This document shows positions 7,032 to 16,049 of a DNA stretch of 64,000 bases, one piece after another. Where the stretch lies: positions 358 through 64,357 of the forward strand of contig MGJA01000008.1 of assembly GCA_001794025.1 (NCBI GenBank). The letters run 5' to 3'. The notes beneath the pieces are model-generated. The model was given only the letters and a program-made list of their open reading frames with translations, made no database searches and was not told the DNA's origin. The translations under genes and the position numbers were made by a program. The DNA is from Candidatus Yanofskybacteria bacterium RIFCSPHIGHO2_01_FULL_41_21. GTDB lineage: Bacteria; Patescibacteriota; Minisyncoccia; 2-02-FULL-40-12; GWA2-44-9. Numbering within the stretch: the first letter of the stretch is position 1; each line of letters opens with the position of its first letter.

Positions 7032-10000
7032 ATGTCCGATTATCAGCCCAAAAAATTACCTTCTCAATGGATCTCAATTCAAGAGGCGACGCGTCACGCA
7101 CCGTACTCGCAAGAGTATTTAAGTTTATTGGCGCGACGGGGAAAAATATTTGCTAAAAAAATTGGGCGGAATTGGTATACAACTCATGAAGCGTTAGAAC
7201 GTTATATTTCAGAGCAGACCCTTCTTTCACCGATAGCCAAACAATTCAGTCCTACCGTGGAACTTGCTTCGTCTTCCTCAAATTTAGTGGAAGAATTTAA
7301 ACGTCTTAATCCTCAAGTATTTGGGCAAGAAAAAAAGCAGGAATTAGGAATTAGGAATCAGGAATTAGGAAATACAAAACAAGGGATTGAATCGGTGCCA
7401 TCAGTACTTCCTAATGTTGCGCCAGCTCCGGTTACAATACCAACACCTACTATCCCTGTAATTCCGCAAAATAATTCAGAGAATAAAGTTCTTGAAAAAC
7501 TGGATCGATTATCTGATTCGTTGGAAACGTTTACTTCAAGTGTGACCGCATCAATTCCGGCTATAACCCAAGCGAATCAATCAGCGCCATTAAACCCCGA
7601 GGTTGAAGAATTTGTTCAGGAACGAATAAATTCTTCCATTCATAGATTCCGACATTTTGATCGTTTTGCAAAATCAACAACCCGATCTCCTGTCCGTTTA
7701 ATGGCCGTTATGATTACGGCTGTAGTGTTAATCTTTGTTCTTATCGGCGGGTTCAGTTTTGGAAAAGTAGATGCCGTTGCTCAAAAAATTAAAAAGGCCT
7801 TCAACGATGCCACCACGATTGATGGCCATTTTGCCGGGACGCATGCCAATGAGGTCTTAATTCTGGATAAGGCCGGCAATATTTCAATTTACGGCCATAT
7901 TGAAACCGAAGGTCAGTTTCGGAGCCATGCGCCGGAGGGCGTGGCGCCGATTGTGGTGGATTCGTTGACTAAAGTTGAAAATCTTAATGCTGATTACATT
8001 GATAATCTTAGTTCCCAGGACTTTACCCTCGCCTTCGTTACTAAAAATGGGAACCTAACCTATGAAGATGTCCATCTGATGGGTGATGTTGAAGTGGGAA
8101 AACTTCTTAAAGTCGGCGGGGATGCGATTATTGGGAAGACCCTAACCGTGTCCGGCGCCACCAAGCTAATGGACTCGTTAACTGTTTATGGCAAACTCGG
8201 AGTTCTTTCGGATGCGGTTTTCGGAAAAGATGTCACTCTCACCAATGGTGATCTCGTCATAAGCAAAGGCACCATTAAGATTTCTAATATGACTTTGATT
8301 AAAAATCTTAATGCCGAATATTTGGACGGTGTTAAAAAAGGAGACATCAATCTCAACTTTGTCACTTCAAACGGAAATACGACTTCAAACTCAATTACAG
8401 TTGGGGGTCTCACCTCAACCGGAACCATAACTTCTTACGGTCCGGGATTTTTTAATTCAAGTATCTGGAGTCCTTTCGGTTCTTTTGGTGATTTAGGTGT
8501 CGGAAAGAGCGCCAGTTTTGGCGACTCAAAAAATCCGAGTAATTCAAAATTTGAGGTCTATTCCAGTAAGTTTTCTCTTGATGCGAACGGTAATGCTCGA
8601 TTGGCCGGCACGACCACTACTAATAATTTATTAGTCAGTGGCAGTGTTTTATCGGGACTTATTCCTTCGGGATCATTTGATTTGGGCTCACTAGCACAAC
8701 CGTGGGTAAATCTTTATGCAATTGACGGAAATTTCTCCGGTGATATTACGGTCTCCGGCAGTTTAAATTTTGCCGGCACGACATCAAGTTCTTTTGTTAT
8801 CAATACCGATAATACCGCTTCTGATTCTGAAGATGCTTACTTAGCGTTTAGTCGCGGTTCAATAACTCCGGATGCGAAACTGACATGGAATTCCACTTTT
8901 AAACAATTTGAATTTAATGAACCAGTTAATATTGCCAGTAGTTCTTTCACGGTTGAAGGGAATACTTTTTTGAATAACGCTTCAGTTTCTAATAATTTTG
9001 AAGTTGTTGGCACCGCCTCTATCTCCGGTACCACCACCCTCGCCGGTCAAACCTACACCTGGCCTTCTTCCCAAACAACTAACGGTTTCCTTAAAACAAA
9101 CGGTACCGGCACTTTATCCTGGTCAACCGCTTTCTCCGGTACCATCGCTTCCTTATCTCAAAACTTTGACCCTGCCACCGACAATCAATACGACCTTGGC
9201 GACCCAAGCTACCGCTGGCGAACCGGTTACTTTGGGACCAGTATCATCTCTCCCTTTGCTTCTTTCACCAATGCCAGTGTTTCCAATAACTTTGAGATAG
9301 GTAACATTGCCAGTATCGGAGGAAATGCCACCATCGGCGGTACCCTTGGTGTAACCGGAAACACCACCCTCACAGGTACCCTAACTGGTAATTCAATTGG
9401 TTCCAACTCTTTTCAAGGTAGTTTAGATGTTGCCCTTGGTCTCCACGCTGTTGGTAACGTTACCACCCTTGCCCAATTCCTTTCTTCCGGAACAGGCAGT
9501 AACTCTTTTGCGGGCAGTTTAGATATCACCAAAGGTCTTCGGGCTGCCCAAATCACCGGTACCGGCCTTACCCTAAACGGAAATACCAATATCTCCGGTA
9601 CTCTCAATGTTATTGGTCAATCAAACTTCTCTAACGCTTCCGCTTCATCCGGATTTGAATCAACCTACCTGAAAACGGATACAATCTCTAATTCCACGGG
9701 CACCCTAACCATCAACGCTTTTACCCTTGGCGGATTAGTCACCGGCAACAATCAATCCATTACAGGATTAAATCAACTCACTTCATCTATCGCCAGTATC
9801 TCTACTAACTTTGAAGTCGGTGGTTATGCTTCAATCGGAGGAAACACCACCCTTGCGGGTCAAACATACACCTGGCCTTCCTCTCAAACAACCAACGGTT
9901 TTCTAAAAACAAACGGTTCTGGCACTTTATCCTGGTCAACCGCTTTTGCCGGTACCATAGCTTCCTTATCCCAAAACTTTGACCCCGCCACCGACAATCA

Positions 10001-13000
10001 ATACGACCTTGGCGACCCAAGCTACCGCTGGCGAACCGGTTATTTCGGGACCTCGCTAGGCATCAACAACGGCGGAACATTAAACACCGCCTTTGAAGTC
10101 GGAGGAACTGCTTCTATATCTAATACCTTAACTCTTGGCGGTATTATTACTTCCACAAATACCGGTTCCAACTCTTTCGCTGGAAGCATTGAACTTACTA
10201 AGGGCTTCCGATTCGGTAATCTTACTCAAACCGGAACAGGGATTAATTACTTTGCCGGCAACGTCGGTATTGGGACGAATTCACCGACCTCTCTCTTTAC
10301 TGTCCAAGGTCGGGGAGAATTCCAAGGCACGGCAAGCGCTTCCTATTTCCTAACCGGCAATACGATTCAAGTCGGTGGTTTCTCATCGGCCAGTTATAAC
10401 CGATTCGGGACCGGTACCACCAACCATGCTAATTATATTTCCACTTCTAATGATGTTCTCGTTTCCGGGGATTTGGAAATTTTGGGGACAGCTTCATTTG
10501 AAGGTAATGTCGTTATCGGCGCTACGAGTACAACCACTTTAGCCGTCGGTTCTACAGTCAAAAGCGACCTTATTCCGTTCACCAATGCCTACAATCTTGG
10601 TTCCACTACCAATCATTGGGGGACGCTATATGTTGATACCGCCAATATTACGACTCTAGAAGCATCAACAGCATCTATTTCCGGCACTACCGCTCGGGAT
10701 TTCCTAATTAATTCTGACAATGCTTCGGCGGATGCTGAAGATATGTCCGTCACATTTAAACGAGGTCTGCCTACGGTTAATGCCGCGCTTGAGTGGGATT
10801 CAACCAACAAGCGTTTTAATTTGAATTTTCCGATTTTCGTTCAGACCGTAGATAATCCGGAACCAAGCTATAATTTTACCCAGCTTGTCCTTAAAGGTGC
10901 CGCGGACCAGAGTTCAAATGATTATTTCCAAATTAAAGATTCTTCCGATGTTTCTAAGTTTCGGATAAGCGACAATGGCGCTTCATTTTCGGTTCCGTTT
11001 GAGCTTTCAAATACCGCTTCCATTTCCAACACTCTTACTCTCGGCGGTATCATTACTTCCACAAATACCGGTTCCAACAGTTTCTCGGGCGGTCTGGAAG
11101 TAACCAAAGGCATCCATGCCACGGGTTCAATCACTTCCGGCGGTGATTTAAGAATCAACGGCAACGCTAATCTTAACGGGGTCTTTGTTTTTGGTGACAA
11201 CGGCGATGTCGGGTCAATTAATACTAATGATTGGGACATTGCCATCGACGGCGCCTTAACCGGAATATCTTTTAACGCTAATGGGACCGGTAACTCAATA
11301 TCCAATATTGATAATGGTGACTTAACCGCCGATACTTTGGACTTCACCGCTATTTCCGACAGTCCCACCCTTGACGCTGACCTCTATATTCAAAGAGCCG
11401 GTTTCAAGATTGGTATCGGTAAGACCCCTTCTACCGTCTTTGAAGTCCAAGGCACGGCTTCCGCTTCCTACGGTCTCTTTGGTACCCTCCAAATCGGTGC
11501 CTTCTCATCAACAAGTTACAACAGATTCGGCACCACCACCACCGGTCACTCACTCTCCGCAAGTAATGACCTCTTAATATCCGGAGACCTGGAAGTAGAT
11601 GGTTCTGCATACTTTGATGGAAGCACAATCTTCGGTGCCGGTGCCTCCATTTCCGGTAACTTTGACCCCGCCACCGATAATACATATGACTTAGGGGATG
11701 CAAGTTATCGCTGGCAGACAGGTTATTTCGGAACATCATTGGGTATCAACAATGGAGGTACCCTTGACACCGCCTTTGAAGTCGGTGGCACGGCCTCTAT
11801 CTCTAACACCTTAACCCTCGGCGGTATTATTACTTCCACAAATACCGGTTCTAATTCTTTCTCGGGAAGTATCAATTTAGATAAAGGCCTCCATACTACC
11901 GGTAACGTTACCACCTTAGCCCAATTCCTTTCTTCCGGTACAGGCAGTAACAGTTTTGCTGGCAGTTTAAACATCTCCAAATCATTAACGGCGACCAATA
12001 GTGTTACAGCTGGCAGTTTTGTTACCGCCGGTAATCTCACTGTGGGTGGCAATGAGGTCTTAACGGGGACTTTCACTGGCAACTCTACCGGTTCCAACTC
12101 TTTCGCCGGTTCACTGGATATCATCAAAGGTCTTCGTTCCGCCAACTTCACTCAAGTCGGTTCCGCCCCAAACTACTTTAATGGCAACGTCGGCATCGGG
12201 ACGACGGCGCCAAATATCACGGCTTATGCCGGTCGTGTCTTGACCGTTGGTTCAGGCACGAGTGCGGAACCCGCCATCGAGATTTACGGAGGCAGAACTG
12301 GCTCGGATGGTATAGCAGCGGACATGGCTTTTTTAAACAGTTATGCTACTGGTGCCGATAAACGTATTGCATTGATTCGAGCAAACCGTATTACAGACGA
12401 CAATTCTGGGGGTCTTCAATTTTATTCAAGAAATGCGGGAACATTGGTAGAAGCGTTGCGAATAGATAAAACTGGCAACGTCGGCATCGGGACGACGGGG
12501 CCGGGGAATAAGCTCTCATTTGGCGCGAATAACTCGGCTCAGATTATCTCGTTGTATGAAAGTGGAAATACTAAGGTCACTATTGGTACGAATGACGGAT
12601 TTACATTTGCTGTTCCAAACACAAGTAACAATAATTTTAAATTTGGTACACTTTCCACAGCAGATGGAACAACTTTTTCGGAAAAAGTGAGAATTGATAA
12701 TAGCGGCAACGTCGGCATCGGGACGACGGGGCCTAGTGAATTATTGGAAGTGTCAAAAAGTACGGCAAGTGGAAATACTTTTATTCGTATTACAAATACT
12801 GACACCAGTGCTGATGGTGGTGAAGGGGCCGCTTTGGCATTGTATGAGGCAGGAACTCTTCGAACTCAATTCACTTCGAATTTTCAGGATCAGAAGATGT
12901 ATTTATATCATCGTGGGGACAACAGGGTCACGATAGATAATGTCGGCAACGTCGGCATCGGGACGACGGTACCAGGGCAAGCTTTAGAAGTTGGAGGCAC

Positions 13001-13712
13001 GGGCAAGGTAAAAATCGCCGCTTTGACCACCCAGGGCTATGTCTGCGTGGGTGGCAACCCCGGAGCCGGAGTCCTTTCCGATGGGGGAGCATCGTGTTCC
13101 ACTTCCGATGCCAGATTAAAAATAGACATTACCCCCATCTCGGATTCTCTGAATGTGCTTTCATCCCTGAATCAACTTCACGGAGTTTATTATCGTTGGG
13201 ATTTAAATAATCCAAGAAATGAAGGTATGCCTTCCAGCCGTCAAATCGGTATGATCGCCCAGGATGTGGAACAGGTGTTGCCGGAACTGGTATCTGTCGG
13301 CTCTGACGGCTATCGTTCTTTAGATTACCCCAAATTCACCGGTTTCCTGTTGGAAGCGGTCAAAGAGCTTGATAACAAAACAAACGCTTTGACAGGGCAA
13401 TTTGAGGCATTTACAAGCAAATTAGAGGCCCAATGCGTGACCGGAGATACGAGATTGCGCCGTAGGCGCAAGCGAGCCCGTCCCGATGCCGACGTTGAAG
13501 GCGAATTTGATTTTGATGAAGTTGAAATAAAAGATATTGTTGCAGGCGACGAAATCCAGTCGCTGAATGAGGCCACCGGCCGGGTGGAATTCGCTCGCGT
13601 GAACGCGCTTATGGACATGGGCGTCCAAGAGGTGTATGAATTGGTTACCAAGTCGGGGAGGAAGATTCGGACCACCAAAAATCATCCATATCTGGTAAAA
13701 CTGGGGTCATAA
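7032..13712 (+). CDS. giant tail-fibre-like surface protein: N-terminal HTH, TM helix, GNVGIGTT-type beta-repeats, C-terminal peptidase S74 intramolecular-chaperone domain, then N-terminal half of a split mini-intein
   Basis: HTH (WISIQEATRH...GRNWYT); TM LMAVMITAVVLIFVLIGGF; SDARLK...YYRWD...GMIAQDVEQVLPELV ICA motif; CVTGDT...TKNHPYLV Hint blocks A and B. Confidence 0.85.
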   Translation: MSDYQPKKLPSQWISIQEATRHAPYSQEYLSLLARRGKIFAKKIGRNWYTTHEALERYISEQTLLSPIAKQFSPTVELASSSSNLVEEFKRLNPQVFGQEKKQELGIRNQELGNTKQGIESVPSVLPNVAPAPVTIPTPTIPVIPQNNSENKVLEKLDRLSDSLETFTSSVTASIPAITQANQSAPLNPEVEEFVQERINSSIHRFRHFDRFAKSTTRSPVRLMAVMITAVVLIFVLIGGFSFGKVDAVAQKIKKAFNDATTIDGHFAGTHANEVLILDKAGNISIYGHIETEGQFRSHAPEGVAPIVVDSLTKVENLNADYIDNLSSQDFTLAFVTKNGNLTYEDVHLMGDVEVGKLLKVGGDAIIGKTLTVSGATKLMDSLTVYGKLGVLSDAVFGKDVTLTNGDLVISKGTIKISNMTLIKNLNAEYLDGVKKGDINLNFVTSNGNTTSNSITVGGLTSTGTITSYGPGFFNSSIWSPFGSFGDLGVGKSASFGDSKNPSNSKFEVYSSKFSLDANGNARLAGTTTTNNLLVSGSVLSGLIPSGSFDLGSLAQPWVNLYAIDGNFSGDITVSGSLNFAGTTSSSFVINTDNTASDSEDAYLAFSRGSITPDAKLTWNSTFKQFEFNEPVNIASSSFTVEGNTFLNNASVSNNFEVVGTASISGTTTLAGQTYTWPSSQTTNGFLKTNGTGTLSWSTAFSGTIASLSQNFDPATDNQYDLGDPSYRWRTGYFGTSIISPFASFTNASVSNNFEIGNIASIGGNATIGGTLGVTGNTTLTGTLTGNSIGSNSFQGSLDVALGLHAVGNVTTLAQFLSSGTGSNSFAGSLDITKGLRAAQITGTGLTLNGNTNISGTLNVIGQSNFSNASASSGFESTYLKTDTISNSTGTLTINAFTLGGLVTGNNQSITGLNQLTSSIASISTNFEVGGYASIGGNTTLAGQTYTWPSSQTTNGFLKTNGSGTLSWSTAFAGTIASLSQNFDPATDNQYDLGDPSYRWRTGYFGTSLGINNGGTLNTAFEVGGTASISNTLTLGGIITSTNTGSNSFAGSIELTKGFRFGNLTQTGTGINYFAGNVGIGTNSPTSLFTVQGRGEFQGTASASYFLTGNTIQVGGFSSASYNRFGTGTTNHANYISTSNDVLVSGDLEILGTASFEGNVVIGATSTTTLAVGSTVKSDLIPFTNAYNLGSTTNHWGTLYVDTANITTLEASTASISGTTARDFLINSDNASADAEDMSVTFKRGLPTVNAALEWDSTNKRFNLNFPIFVQTVDNPEPSYNFTQLVLKGAADQSSNDYFQIKDSSDVSKFRISDNGASFSVPFELSNTASISNTLTLGGIITSTNTGSNSFSGGLEVTKGIHATGSITSGGDLRINGNANLNGVFVFGDNGDVGSINTNDWDIAIDGALTGISFNANGTGNSISNIDNGDLTADTLDFTAISDSPTLDADLYIQRAGFKIGIGKTPSTVFEVQGTASASYGLFGTLQIGAFSSTSYNRFGTTTTGHSLSASNDLLISGDLEVDGSAYFDGSTIFGAGASISGNFDPATDNTYDLGDASYRWQTGYFGTSLGINNGGTLDTAFEVGGTASISNTLTLGGIITSTNTGSNSFSGSINLDKGLHTTGNVTTLAQFLSSGTGSNSFAGSLNISKSLTATNSVTAGSFVTAGNLTVGGNEVLTGTFTGNSTGSNSFAGSLDIIKGLRSANFTQVGSAPNYFNGNVGIGTTAPNITAYAGRVLTVGSGTSAEPAIEIYGGRTGSDGIAADMAFLNSYATGADKRIALIRANRITDDNSGGLQFYSRNAGTLVEALRIDKTGNVGIGTTGPGNKLSFGANNSAQIISLYESGNTKVTIGTNDGFTFAVPNTSNNNFKFGTLSTADGTTFSEKVRIDNSGNVGIGTTGPSELLEVSKSTASGNTFIRITNTDTSADGGEGAALALYEAGTLRTQFTSNFQDQKMYLYHRGDNRVTIDNVGNVGIGTTVPGQALEVGGTGKVKIAALTTQGYVCVGGNPGAGVLSDGGASCSTSDARLKIDITPISDSLNVLSSLNQLHGVYYRWDLNNPRNEGMPSSRQIGMIAQDVEQVLPELVSVGSDGYRSLDYPKFTGFLLEAVKELDNKTNALTGQFEAFTSKLEAQCVTGDTRLRRRRKRARPDADVEGEFDFDEVEIKDIVAGDEIQSLNEATGRVEFARVNALMDMGVQEVYELVTKSGRKIRTTKNHPYLVKLGS

Positions 13713-13840
13713 TTTTCAGTTTTCAATTATCAATTTTCAATGAATTTACAATGAATCAATTCATCAAAAAAATACAAAAAATAAGGGGAAGCTATATCAC
13801 GGATAGCGGGGTAAGTGTCGTTTTTTACGAAACTCGTGAG

Positions 13841-14221
13841 ATGGCGACCCTCCAAAGTCGTGATATAGAAAAGGTCTCTGCGACTCAACGAAGAGGCAAT
13901 GTCGGCACTGGGGAGGCAAGTCGTGATATGAAAATCATAGAAAATCAAAAAGCCCCGAACAATTGGGACTCTTTGAAGTGGACCCGAGGGGGTTTGCACC
14001 CCTTTCATCAGGTGCTAACGCTGATATGTTACTTCATACACCACGGGCCCGGATCCACACATTTATTATACAGAAAGATGACCGAAACATCAAAACAAAA
14101 AGAACCCCTTTTGAAAGAGGCCCTTTTTGTAGCACCTGATAATGTCCGCAATGTACGAACTATCAGCGTATACAGTAATTATACTCCTATCCATGAAGGT
14201 GTCAAGTGGATATGTGGATAA
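13841..14221 (+). CDS. hypothetical protein (first gene of intein-inserted module); start uncertain (track start 13751)
   Basis: ORF with RRGNVGTGE segment encoded by the shared GC-rich repeat; overlapping minus-strand ORF makes it uncertain. Confidence 0.35.
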   Translation: MATLQSRDIEKVSATQRRGNVGTGEASRDMKIIENQKAPNNWDSLKWTRGGLHPFHQVLTLICYFIHHGPGSTHLLYRKMTETSKQKEPLLKEALFVAPDNVRNVRTISVYSNYTPIHEGVKWICG

Positions 14222-14237
14222 TCAAAGATAATCAAAC

Positions 14238-15443
14238 ATGAATATATTCAATAAAATTAAGAAAATGATACGTCCCGCTGTCTCTGCTTCTCAACAAAAA
14301 GGCAATGTCGGCAGCGGGGCGGTCAATATTGGCGAAAGCAAAATCGCCGATTTTTGCCCCTACTGCAATTCCAAGGACTTCATGAAGCGAGGAATGCGAA
14401 AAAAGAAATTGGAACTGGTCCAGTTGTATTTGTGCCGAAATTGCAAACGGACATTTACTGCCCAGTTTATCAAAGGCAAGCATTATCCGACCAAGCTGAT
14501 TATTGACGCTATCAGTATTTACAATTTGGGGTATGGGTTGGAAGAGACATGTCGACTTATAAACCAGCGTTATGGCGTTAATCCCGGCGCAGCCACTTTA
14601 AATGGATGGTATGTGGAATATGCGCCCTTGTGCCGATATTCGCGGTTGCGTCAATTCGGGATGAAAATGTTTAAACCGGAAAATGTTGTGGAAGAAGTAA
14701 CTATGGCGCATCGGCAGTTGTACCGATATAGATTTCATCGGGCGAAAATGGAACTGGTCTTGCAGGATTTTAAGCACCACCGCTTTGAATCACTGAAGCA
14801 TTATCTGGAAGCGGTGGCGAGCGAGACACCGCACCAGTATTTTCAGGAAGGCGGGCGGATGTCGGAAGTCAAGACAAAATTTAATAAAGCCCAGATGATT
14901 GTCCGTTCAAAAAAGAATTACGCCAACCGGCTGGCGGAGTTTGTTTTGCAAGCCGTCAAGGATAATAAACAGCGCCACGAGGCCTTGCAAAAATTTATGC
15001 TCGCCAACGATTCGGTGACCGTGGCGACCGAGGTGCCGGTCTATATAAGAAGAGAAGATATCGGTCACATGGAAAATGATTTGGGATTTGAAGTGCTCAA
15101 TGAGGGCGAGGAAATACCAAGGTTGCTGACTGGACATATTGATTTAATCCAGGTGCGCAATGGGCAGGTTCATATACTTGATTTTAAGCCAAATGCAGCT
15201 AAAGAGAAACCAATTGAACAACTAACCTGGTACGCGCTGGCTTTGTCCCGCCTGACCGGTTTGCGATTATATGAATTTAAATGCGCCTGGTTTGACGGCA
15301 AAGATTATTTTGAATTTTATCCCTTGCACGTCGTCAAAAAAATTACCCACCGCTTGAAGAATAAAAAGGTATTTTTGAAGAGTCGCGGAACGTCAATTGA
15401 AATTCCAAATGAGGACTTAGGCAGAAAAGTAAAAGTGGTCTAG
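14238..15443 (+). CDS. Zn-ribbon + HTH (InsA-like) N-terminus fused to PD-(D/E)xK-like nuclease domain
   Basis: CPYCNSK...CRNCKRTF zinc ribbon; C-terminal GHIDLIQVRNGQVHILDFKP resembles D..(D/E)xK nuclease core. Confidence 0.65.
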   Translation: MNIFNKIKKMIRPAVSASQQKGNVGSGAVNIGESKIADFCPYCNSKDFMKRGMRKKKLELVQLYLCRNCKRTFTAQFIKGKHYPTKLIIDAISIYNLGYGLEETCRLINQRYGVNPGAATLNGWYVEYAPLCRYSRLRQFGMKMFKPENVVEEVTMAHRQLYRYRFHRAKMELVLQDFKHHRFESLKHYLEAVASETPHQYFQEGGRMSEVKTKFNKAQMIVRSKKNYANRLAEFVLQAVKDNKQRHEALQKFMLANDSVTVATEVPVYIRREDIGHMENDLGFEVLNEGEEIPRLLTGHIDLIQVRNGQVHILDFKPNAAKEKPIEQLTWYALALSRLTGLRLYEFKCAWFDGKDYFEFYPLHVVKKITHRLKNKKVFLKSRGTSIEIPNEDLGRKVKVV

Positions 15444-15476
15444 ATAAATTTTCAATAAAAATTGTAAATTATTATA

Positions 15477-16049
15477 ATGACCTATACTACATTTAAAAAA
15501 TATGCGCCAAAAAAGCCCGTGCATAAGTTCACGGATTTAGAAGTTTATCAGCAGACACTGGCCTTGTCGGTGATTATTATGAAGGACTTAAAACCTAAAC
15601 TGATAATACTTGAGTACCCGTTTTTGGAGAATTTAACAAATGGCGCGATTTCATTGCCACTATGGATTGCCGAAGCTCATTCAGTAAGGTTCGGAGACCA
15701 TGCCGTCGGCTTGGGTTTATTGGAAAAAGTCATGTCTGGCTGTAATAAAATGGTGGTATACTTAGAGCAAGCCAAAGGAATTTATCGCCCCGCTGCCGAG
15801 GTTGCCTCTTCGTTGAGAAGCAGAGACCTGTCCCAAGTGGGACAAAGTGACGACCAAAGGTCGGCAACAAACAAAATCGGCACCGGGGCCCTCGACCCGG
15901 ACCTGATAGACGATTTAATTAAACGTTATCATGACGTTCGGACCAAAGTTTTTCGTCTAAGCAAATCGTGGCAAAAGTGGTACGATGTCCCGCTGCCGAA
16001 ATTGCCTTCTATTGAAAAGCGGGAACAGCGGGACAAAATAAATATATGA
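15477..16049 (+). CDS. four-helix-bundle protein (23S rRNA intervening-sequence protein / DGR Avd family)
   Basis: KFTDLEVYQQTLAL...LPLWIAEAHSVRFGDHAVGLGLLEKVMSGCNKMVVYLEQAK matches 4HB family pattern; ATGA overlap with next gene. Confidence 0.7.
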   Translation: MTYTTFKKYAPKKPVHKFTDLEVYQQTLALSVIIMKDLKPKLIILEYPFLENLTNGAISLPLWIAEAHSVRFGDHAVGLGLLEKVMSGCNKMVVYLEQAKGIYRPAAEVASSLRSRDLSQVGQSDDQRSATNKIGTGALDPDLIDDLIKRYHDVRTKVFRLSKSWQKWYDVPLPKLPSIEKREQRDKINI

